From positions 1-64,000 of the forward strand of contig JAUCBJ010006179.1 of the NCBI GenBank assembly GCA_032718475.1: a DNA stretch of 64,000 nt, given 5' to 3'. This document shows positions 50,770 to 61,300 of the stretch, one piece after another. Every line of letters begins with the position of its first letter. The first letter of the stretch is position 1. This DNA is from Nemertoderma westbladi. Taxonomy: Eukaryota; Animalia; Xenacoelomorpha. The translations under genes and the position numbers were made by a program. A model generated the notes under the pieces. The model was not told where the DNA came from and made no database searches. It worked only from the letters and a program-made list of their open reading frames with translations.

Positions 50770-51903
50770 TCTGATGACAACTAGTTCCACTCACCGTCGA
50801 TGACCCCATCGACTTACAATCGACCGGCATCAGGTCAGGTCAGGTATTCTAGGTCATTGATCAAGAAAACTTGCCAACTCCATGCAGCATAAAGGAGGTG
50901 CCATCTGTAGCTGCATAGACTCTCTTACTAGGGCAAATCTGGTCCTGTAACTAGGACCCCCTTCGTTCTGGGATAAGGACGCCCTTCTTGGTTCGGGATT
51001 AAGGACCCATATACTTGGCTGCAGGGGTATATGGCCTGGCCAGGCAGATGGTGATCAACCAATGGCTGGTCAGGAGTAGAGTGTTCTCATGTCCACTCTG
51101 AGTACACTTCACTGCGACCTGCACCTGGCATCAGGGGTACAGGACATGACCCAGCAGATGAGCTGCACAGCCAATGGTGGGTCATGTGCGCGAGAGTAGA
51201 TATGGGTGATGGGCCTCATATCTGACTCCACTGCGACACCCACCCTGTGGAATGGCAAACCAGGGTGTGGTATTTGCCCCGAGAGCTGACTCGGCAAAAA
51301 AGCACCCCCCAACCCCCACTATGGATTACATTAGCAATGCGGAGGTCCGGCCACTAGAGGCCAGTGGAATGACTGGACACAATCGGTCTCACAGGCATCA
51401 GTTATCTCCTGACCGGCTGCCTGTCTCACCCCCTACTGGAGAGAGAGCGGCAAACAATTCTTTGAGTCCCTTTCCTGATGACCTTTCTGGCCCAAACCCT
51501 GGGTCACCAGAGAGGCCAGATTGTGAGGGGGAAAGGGATTCTGGAGTTGGAGGCTACTCTCATGTTCCACCCCGACCAACAAAGCCATTGGTGAATCTGA
51601 GGCAAGTCACTAGACTAGCCTCAGTAAACACCCTAACACTCGGGTCCCCAATGCGACAAGGTGAGCTGACTGCCTTGGCAGATAAGCTTTCTCTTAGTGC
51701 AGTGGGTGTTCAAGAGCACCGAATGCAGACTGGACAGACTGATGAAGTTCTGATTAAGGACATGGGGGGCGGTGGGCGACTCGCCCTCGCTTCAGCAGAT
51801 GATAGTGGCAATGGTGGAATTGGTCTATTGATGAATCCAACTGCACATGCAGCATTGGACAAAATAGACCAAATCTCTAACCGCATCATCCGTTGCCACT
51901 TCT
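50770..51903 (+). mobile_element. RTE-like non-LTR retrotransposon 5' fragment (UTR + N-half of APE endonuclease), 3'-truncated; left boundary approximate
   Basis: RLASVNTLTL, AVGVQEHR, GGIGLLM, ISNRII motifs in ORF 51252-51908; GC-rich leader. Confidence 0.8.
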
Positions 51904-52773
51904 ATTAATTAATAAATTGTGCAGCAATATTATTTGAAACCCTATATTTTTTAAATTACCTATATAAAATCGATAGCTATTTGTACTATTAGAAATCACT
52001 AGCTGCCTGGTAAAACAATAATGAAAAAAAACACTAGCTAACTAATATAAGAGAGTTATAATACTGTAGGTCTACACAATAACATACTGTACTTACCAAG
52101 GACTAACATAATAATGACATATTCAGGGCAGGGCACTCCCCTAGTATACGTTAATCGAAGTAGAGTCTGGTTCATCTTATTATATTAAAATTTAATTAGC
52201 TTATAATATAGGCCTACACCAGTTTTATGTGACCAAGTTGGAGTACGGCTGCGCTGTATGGTGTGACATCTCTCATAGGTTGCTCTGATCTCTTAGACAA
52301 CCTCGGAACTGATATCCTTAAACTAGCTACTGTAGCACCGAAAAGGAATGCAACCTACAGCCCCTCTCCTCAAGACCGGATGCCATTATTTTGTCTAATT
52401 TCGTTTTACAAAACTGTCCACGGCCTTACACAAACTTATCTTTTTAACAAATTTCTTCACCTACACAGTAGTTGGCGAAAAATAGTACACATCACACTTA
52501 CCCCCTAACAACAGTCACAAACACCTCAGAAATCAGTTTTAACTAACAATTATAACTTCCATATTTCGCATATTATATCATATATATATCATATATTATA
52601 TCATCCATATTTCGTGAATATATATAACACCCTGTTTAAGCTAATATAAATAAGTATTACCTTGCTAATAAATATTAGGACCCCACTATTTATGATTAAA
52701 ATTTCATGCGATTAGGATTTGTATAATAATTTAGTGTGCCTCCCATACCTACGTAGGTTGTGGGTGGTGGAGA
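51904..52773 (+). repeat. Duplicate of 47118-47976 (3' flank of the protamine-like gene)
   Basis: Near-identical over ~860 bp, from ATTAATTAATAAATTGTGC to GGTGGTGGAGA. Confidence 0.93.
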
Positions 52774-52777
52774 TGAG

Positions 52778-53945
52778 TGTTCGCGCTTTCAGACCTTTGG
52801 CAGTTTAACCCGCCAAATTAGGATGTCTTCTAGATAATAATTCGCTTTTAGCCTATGACAAGTATTTGATTCACTACACTAGTCGAAACCAATCTGTGCG
52901 CGATCATTCACCCGCTGGATATACCCGGGAGATTGGGTTCGACGGCTTAATCGTATTGCTATGTAGGCCTAATGTATTATTCGACTGACAGTATTATATA
53001 ATCTCTGACAATATTATTCACCTTCGGGAAATATTAACAGTTCCTTTAGGACGTGGCGCTCTATCTATATAAACAGAGTTATGACTTAAACTACTCACAA
53101 CGATATGGCTTAGTTATAATTCACATATATGGCGCATTCTTTAGGAAATGCTTCGTTATCAGTCTCACTCATACACAATGCTGCACAATACTGCACACTA
53201 ATCTGCCGATCTTCACTGATTTTAGTCACATATAAAAGGAACACGGACCGAATCATGTAGGGTCTATCAAATAACATTAGATTCACTTCAAACCACTTTA
53301 TCATAAGTCACAATCGTTATATGTAACCTTTCTCTCTTACCTTCGGTATATCAAGAATATTGGGTTTCGGGGTTATTTATCGTTATTCCAAATATAATAA
53401 TTCATCAACCATGTTATGAAGAACTGACAGTAAATAGCAGTATAACAATATAAAAGTATGCAAGAAAGACCAAACATCAGTTTGTTAGTTTGGATTGATA
53501 ACGGATATATGTCCTTATAATTAAGCCTACTAGTGTTAGACTAAAACAGAAAAGCACAAAATATTTCCAAGCCGTTCTCTCCTGGCTCAGGACAGAAAGA
53601 CCAACAACACTGAACACTGATAAGAATAACCTTATTTACAAAGGCTTCCACCCACCACAGAGAAAGAGCATACAGATAGGAAATTCAGTTCAGTAGATCT
53701 GTGATAGGTCGAAATCAAAATCAACTCAAATCTTATTGGCAGATACAGAAAGCAGGGCTGTGGGGCAACTTTCCCAAGCTGGTTGGACAATCAAACGTAG
53801 CCCAGATCCCTTCGCACAGCAAATCAGCCAATCAGCCGGTAGCTTGCGCTATTCGAGCTAGAGATCCCTTTTAGAGTATTCCAGCGCCCTGGGGGGAACT
53901 GGTTAGCAAAGCAAACGAATCAGTTATCCCACAAAAGCTTTTACA
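52778..53945 (-). repeat. 3' LTR of copy C (1168 bp)
   Basis: TGTTCGCGC...TTTTACA on the + strand, i.e. TGTAAAAG...GCGCGAACA on the - strand. Confidence 0.92.
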
Positions 53946-54023
53946 CCGCTCCCAGAAAATGGGATTTAAGTCTATAAAATATACAAAATCACAGTTTCTA
54001 AAATACGAGAATACTCTAAACAG

Positions 54024-55524
54024 TTAGTCTTTCTTGCGCAGACGGCGTTTACGCAGTTTTTTAAAGCTAGCAAGAGTCTTTTTCTCTTTGGGGCGAGCCA
54101 CTTTACAAGGAGGGCTATAACTCCTGGGTGAAGGGTGCAATATGATTGCATCAGAAGGCGTGGGATTATAGTCGGGGTATCCGCCGTTTCAATATGTTTC
54201 TCCTCGAGCTGATTTTCCTCCGCTCATCGTTGGATACGTTCGTCTAAAACTCTCGCCGAGAATAGGGTCGTCCAAGTTCAATATCGTCTTAGAGACTATG
54301 GATTTCCCAATCGAACTGGGATAAAGCCACTCCGTTTACCGCTTGGACTTGCTGTTATAATTTAGGTTTATCTGAGCAAACATAGATTTCTTTTCTGATC
54401 TTTGTAGAATAGCGTCTATCTCTTTTCGTACAACGCTCTCCTCCACCTTGATGACAGGTGGTATCGTGTTAAACGGGAACGATTCCGATTATACGATTGA
54501 ATGGCGATATCGGGTGCCCGTGCCCCAATCCGGCCAGGTAAGATGGGCGGATATTTAGGGAGCCCACAACCTGAGTGCCACCGACTAACGGTTCGGGTAA
54601 CACTGGATCTCTGAACGGTAAGTACAGCTCGGGAGGATCCGTAATACTATTAGGATCGAGAGTTTGAGGTATCACTTGGGAATGAGGAGGTCTGACCGAG
54701 TATTCCGGAACTCTGATCATGGGTTTATTCAATGATCGCTTAAGGCGCGCGACCGTAGGTGATACGTCGAAAAGGTTTCGCTCGAAACTCCTATAAGTAT
54801 ATCGCGTAAAACTGTGTTTAGCGCAGCGTCTCCGCGGATGTTTATGCCTTTCGCTTTGCTGGTTAGGTCTGGGGCATTCGTCACAGTAATACCAAAGACG
54901 CACGTCTTGAAGGGGAAACGCGGGTGATCGCTCTCCAGTTTTACAATATTCCTCCATCTGTTCGAAGCTATCTGGAACGACAGGTAGCGATCGATCGGCG
55001 GTAAGATACATCATCGTAAAATAGAGCCGTTTGAGTTCCATCATAGGATCTGGATGTATACCTTGAGGATATCGAGTTTCGAGGTTTTGTTGACTGGCAA
55101 CATTGAGATAGGTCTCTCTTAGGAATTCTAGATAATCGTTAAAACCGTTACGTTTATCAGGTTCTTCAACGTCTTCTCTTTCGAGTTTGTTTCGAATAGG
55201 ATTTTCGCATTAGAATTTTGGTTTATCGTTTCGACTCCTCTGGGTAGGATATGTTCGACATAGTCCGTATCGTGTAAATCGATAGAATGGTCAATGGTTA
55301 AGAAGTCCATATACATACCATTACAATGCGTGTAGCGAGCGGTGAATTTTCCATAGTCCAATTCATGCGTAAGTTACTTCCAGGAAATCGTAGGTTCGAT
55401 ATAACAACCATCATCCTTCGTAGTAGTTGGACTAGTATCACCGCGTATCAAGCTATCAACAAACACTTGAAAGTAGATTATATCGCTCCCTGATACCAAG
55501 ACCATCTTCTATCAACTCCGTCAT
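54024..55524 (-). pseudogene. ORF2 remnant of copy C (exonuclease and knuckles deleted at ~54187)
   Basis: Homologous to 17569-18930 joined to 21652-21814. Confidence 0.85.
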
Positions 55525-57175
55525 ATCTGCTATATATGAGTTTATTAATATTATAATGAGTTTATATTTAGGCTAGCGAGCGTCGCTGCCTACCCCAATC
55601 CGCCCCCGGACAGTGCGAGATCCTCAGCACCGATGTGTCGTCGCCGCTGTACTTTCGCCAACGACGTAGCCGCACAACGACAACGACAACCGGTACAAGT
55701 CACTCGACTGTCCGTCCCAAAGGCTTAGATACACCTCAGGTTCTTACTGGACAGTTAGGGTTACTTTCCCAATTGCGACTCGCTACTGTAAACACACCTT
55801 AGTAGTAACATTCGCCTATAAACTCACAAATACCACACACACAACTTGTCACAAATTACACACACTCGGGTCACTTGTCCGTTAGTCAATGCCTTCCAGA
55901 ATGTCACTGTATTATTATGTATCCTTGGATACTATCAGTGCACTATTTATTCCCTATGCTATTCAAGGGGACAAGCTTTCTATTGTTCTTTTACTCAATT
56001 CTAATTCTAGCGTGGTTGTTACTATGGTGACATTATGTAAAGCTAGCGGTAGAATTAGGGTAATTCTAATGCATACAGATCTGGGATGTTATTTAATAGT
56101 AATTCTTTAATGGTCAATGTCCTGTTTTATACATGACTTTATGAATTTTATCGGCTATTGACTATGTTTGGGAGACTTTCGTACACGCATACGCATAATA
56201 ATATAAATCTCCGCTCCCTTGATCTATTAATTAATGGAATTTTGGGAATGTTATAAATTGCGTAAAATGGCAATTTATTAAATTCATTAAAAGACATGAA
56301 TTTAAATTTATTCCCTGAAATTTTATTATTTGATAATTAAATTGACATATTTTGATTCTAGAACATGTCTGGGGACACAAGATCCTTAATTTTATGACAA
56401 TTGTCTTTTTAAGAATATCGGTAAATGCTACGATATCTTAATTGACTAGAATTGTTGAAGGATCTGAATTTTACAGATTTTGATCTATTAGATTTGCAAA
56501 TATTAAATAATTAATATTTGAGATGGGCACCGATTTATTCCAGAACTTGTCTGGGGACGTTAACCACTGATTCTAGAATTTGTCTTTCAAGTATATCGGT
56601 GGGTGCCGCGATATCTTAATCGACTAGAATTACAGATGGTCAAAGGGTTTAACAGATTTATTTTGCGTTATACGCTACTGTTAAAGGGACATCACGCTAC
56701 TATATGTATTATTTAATATACGGTATGAGAGCAATATCGCACGAAGCAATGTCAGTGTGAAGAGGCAAGTCGTTTCCAAGGTCTACCCAGAGCTTGGTTT
56801 AGCCGAGACACGAGGATCTGAACTTTGCATTCCTAATACTCTGCCTACCAATAATACTTGAATATAGTAGTGGCTTTATTGTACTTTAATAAGTACGGAC
56901 ATTTCATCTTACTGTAGTTACGTATTTATAATATAATACGGACAGTAAGGAAAGAGAAAAAGAATTATTTCTCGCCGTCGCACTAAATATAATATAAGTA
57001 ATTACGTACACAATAAACACGAATATATTGCACTATTCTACTAAATGATCGCTAAATAATATTTTACTAAATTAAATAAAACGATTATAATAAAATTACA
57101 TAGTAATACATACCTAAATATAAAAATAATAAAATAATGTAAAATAATAGAGTCACACGCCCACTCCGAACAATA

Positions 57176-58305
57176 TTAAGTTGGGGAGTCCCTAGATGTC
57201 GGTTGGATTAGGGAAGTGGTCGTGGGAAGAGTTTCTTGCCTTCCATAGTTTCCGGAGAGCTCTCTGTCTCTTTCCAGTAAACATAAACGACCCACTGGGC
57301 GATTGAGCTGTTGAGTCTCAAAGACTATCCCTGGTTTCTTAAAGTTACGCCGCATTACGACGAGTTCTACTGATCGCACCAAACCATCGCTCGAGATATG
57401 AGTCTCGATGATACGTCCTGTTTGCCATCGCTTACGTGGGAGATCGGGGTCCATAATAAGCACCATGTCTCCAGCGCTGACGTTTTCTTGCTGCGCAAAC
57501 CACTTAGTTCGAAGTTGTAGAGTGGGCAGGTAATGTTTCTCGAAATGGTCAGCGAAACGACGGGATAGCAACTGCATAAGTTGCCAGGTTCGATGGCAGT
57601 ACTCATCTCCGTCTGTGATCTCAGATCGTGGGAGCATGGCTACGGGTTTCTTCAGTAGAAAGTGCGCGGGTGTTAGCGCTTCCAGGGAATCAGGATTTGA
57701 AGAGACTGGCATAAGCGGTCTTTCGTTGAGATAGGCGGCGATTTCCTCCATTAACGTCTGCAATAGTTCGTCGGTGAGATAAGCGCGACAAGGCACAATA
57801 AAGTGGAACGCAGTCTTCACGCTCCTAATCAATCTCTCCCAACTTCCTCCCCACCAAGGGGCGTCGGCGGCGTTGAAGGTCCAGCTAGACGCTGTTATCT
57901 TTAGCTGATCGTCCACCTGTCTTTTGTTCCAGTCCTTTACGTAAGCTTGAATTTCGTTGTTGGCGCCAATGAAGTTCGTTCCCTTATCCGATCTCATCGT
58001 GTTACTGGTTCCGAAGCGAGCGATCTGTCGTCGTAAACTCAACACGAAGCTGTTGGTGGATAGATCGTTTACCATATCGAGATGGATAGCTCTACAAGTC
58101 ATACAAACGAAGATGACACACCATCTCTTGACTATAGTCCGGGCACGATATACTTCAATAGGGCCAAATAAATCCACACCGGTATTAGTAAAGGGTGGTT
58201 CATAGAAGCTTACTCTTTCCCTAGGTAATTCTGCCTCTCGCTGTGTTAAAGGCCTACTGAATGCTTTCCTACAGGGTATGCAGTTCCTAAGAACTTGGTT
58301 CAGAG
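57176..58305 (-). CDS. pol: BEL/Pao integrase of copy C (open frame, N-terminally interrupted)
   Basis: CIPC, GVDLFGP, SDKGTNF, WGGSWERL, LNERPL, LTPAHFL, DGLVRSV; no stops. Confidence 0.9.
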
Positions 58306-58376
58306 ACTTGGTTGATAAAACAATATAGCAATAGTCTGATATCAACACCTGATAACTAGGCCTACTGAACTGTATC

Positions 58377-61300
58377 ATGCCTGTTGAACGTACACCGGTT
58401 AAACTCAGAAGCCGTGTACCTCGTCCCCAAGCGGCCGTCCCTGTTAGGCCCTATAGGCTTACCCTCTCAGGTAAGTCCAGGTCAAAGGCCACAATCCTGC
58501 CAGGGACCACACCAAACGAGCCTCCTACGAGTGGTGTTGCCCCGGTCGTGTGGATGTCTGCCACAGCGGTTTCTTCTCTATCCGATCCCCTGACTACAAA
58601 CAAACCAGGGACTGTTTCCGCAGGCTGGAACTGTCTTGCGGGTTCTACAATGAAGGCGGAAGCCGCAGCGGGTTCCTCGATGACGAATAAACCCGGAGTG
58701 AATTCCTCGACGTCGTTTAAACCAGGAGTGGATTCCTCGACGACGAATAAACCCGGAGCGGATTCCTCGACGATGAATAAACCCGGAGCGGATTCCTCGA
58801 CGATGAATAAACCCGGAACGGATTCCTCGACGATGAATAAACCCGGAGTGGATTCCTCGACGACGAATAAACCCGGAGCGGATTCCTCGATGACGAATAA
58901 ACCCAGAGTGGATTCCTCGACGACGAATAAACCCGGAGCGGATTCCTCGACGATGAATAAACCCGGAGTGGATTCCTCAGTGACGAATAAACCCGGAGCG
59001 GATTCCTCGACGACGAATAAACCCGGAGTGGATTCCTCGACGACGAATAAACCCGGAGCGGATTCCTCGACGAAGAATAAACCCGTAGTGGATTCCTCGA
59101 CGATGAATAAACCTGTAGTGGATACCTCGACGACGGATAAACCCGGAGCGGATTCCTCGATGACGAATAAACCCAGAGTGGACTCCTCGGCGATGAATAT
59201 ACCCGGAGCGGATTCCTCGACGACGATTAAACCCGGAGCGGATTCCTCGACAACGATTAAACCCGGAGTGGATTCCAGCAAAAGTGCCTCACTGGATTCA
59301 TTGATGACGTATAAACCCGGAGCGGTTTCCTCGACGCCAAATATACCCGGAGAAGTTCTCTTGGTGATGGATAAACCAATAAATGGCCCAACTGCTGTGC
59401 TGACTCAGGATAGCCCGGGTATCCATACAGCAATGACCCTGAGTCAGGGCAGCGGGGTGTGGCAAGATGGACCTCGCCTTGATTCAACCAAATGTAGTTA
59501 TGGAGGAGTCAGTGGTGTTTGGCAAGGGGGATCAACAAGTTCTGCAGTAAGAAACCCAACACATGGCCCGACTGCTGCACTGGCCCAGGATAGCCCGGGT
59601 ATCCATACAGCAATGACCCTGGGTCGGTGCAGCAGGGTGTGGCAGGATGGACCTAGCCATGATTCAACCAAATGTAGTTATGGAGGAGTCGGCGGTGTTT
59701 GGCAAGGGGGATCAACAAGTTTTGCAGAGAGAAACCTAACACATGGCCCGACTGCTGCACTGGCCCAGGATAGCCCGGGTATCCATACAGCAATGACCCT
59801 GGATCAGTGCAGCAGGGTGTGGCAAGATGGACCCAGCCATGATTCTACCAAATGTAGTTATGGAGGAGTCGGTGGTGTCTGGCAAGGGGGATCACCTAGT
59901 TCTGCAGAAAGAAACCGAACACATGGCCCGACTGCTGCACTGGCCCAGGATAGCCCGGGTATCCATACAGCCATGACCCTGGGTCAGGGCAGTGGGGTGT
60001 GGCAAGATGGACCTAGCCATGATTCATCCAAATGTAGTTATGGAGGAGTGGGTAGTGTCTGGCAAGGGGGATCACCTAGTTCTCCAGAAAGAAACCCTAC
60101 ACATGGCCCGACCGCTGCACTGGCCCAGGATAGTCCAGGTATCTATACAGCCATGACCCTGGGTCAGGGTAGTGGGGTGTGGCAAGATGGACCCAGCCAC
60201 GAATCATCAAAATGTAGTTCTGAACGAATCAGTGGAGTTTGGCAAGGGGGATCTAGTTTTGCAGAAACTAGCGCACATAAATCAGTATCTGCTCCCCCAT
60301 TCACATCACCATCTCCTATCAGGTCTAATTTGTCCAACACTCATACATCAACGAACCCTTACGCTTACACCTCAACCAACAATACAGCCGCCACTAGTCA
60401 CCCTATAATGTCTACCAGCATTAACTCCACAACCTACCCATTTAATGATGTTAGCGTGGTCAATGATCAGGTTGTATACACACATGCAAAGACTACGCCT
60501 GTAGGAGTCTATTGCAGTAACAAACTAACCACAAATAATGGTATCATATTAGCTGATCACCGTTCATGTAGTGATAAATACGATATATTGGTCGAAGATT
60601 GTCCATCATGTATTAATTTGGAAGATGATAACATTAATACAATAATTTATAAGTCCGTGGATGAAGGTAAGTCAGGAGATAAAGTGGATATAAATCCAGA
60701 TAGCGATCAGCAGCTTTCTGGATCTCGTGGTCTGATCACTACTCCATGCACTCAGACGAAAATTTCGGATTTCTATAAGTCACCAGCTGATGTAGTTGTT
60801 AATAAATGTGTAGTTGCCTCACATGTATCAAACCCCAACTGGAATACACCATCAACTGATGTTATTGAGATCGAAGTATATCCCAATGAGCCACATTCAG
60901 CTAATGTTGATCAACATCTGGAGATCATCACTTATCTCAAATGTTTGTCTATTGCCACACCAGGCAGAGTTATTCCTACCCCGGGTTTATTGCGGACTCT
61001 CTGCGGTACTGAGTGGCTGAATGATGAAATTATAGATGGTTTTCTAGGTTTGCTTGAATGCCAACGTCCACACACTGCTGCTATTCCATTTCAACTCACT
61101 CAGAAAATCCATTCAGGAAATTGGGATTATCTCAGTGCCATTATGTACATTGCACCAAGATACATTGGTCGCCATCTTGAAATCCCACCTACCATTTTGT
61201 TCTTTCCAGAATGTTTGAACCATCATTTCATTTTGCATGTAGCTGATGTCCCAAACAAACAGATTTATGTTCTTGACTCATTGAATTCATCTATGCCAAC

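Larger units (their letters stand above)
52778..58305 (-). mobile_element. BEL/Pao copy C: integrase, spacer, deleted ORF2 and 3' LTR; interrupted at 58305 by a LINE
   Basis: Reverse-complement homology to 14810-23071; PPT complement CCGCTCCC at 53946. Confidence 0.93.

Noticed and set aside
50771-50870. Hammerhead ribozyme (CTGATGA...GAAA)
   Set aside because: Stems I-III could not be formed around the core.
57176-58378. N-terminal MIQFSRPSY... of the 400-aa integrase ORF
   Set aside because: 58306-58378 is the antisense LINE 5' UTR fused by the insertion, not part of the integrase.
58671-59270. CRISPR-like 30-bp periodicity
   Set aside because: Units are contiguous with no unique spacers, the array is in frame in a eukaryotic LINE ORF, and there are no cas genes.
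58451-59281. 276-aa antisense ORF
   Set aside because: It is a by-product of a stop-free 30-bp repeat unit.
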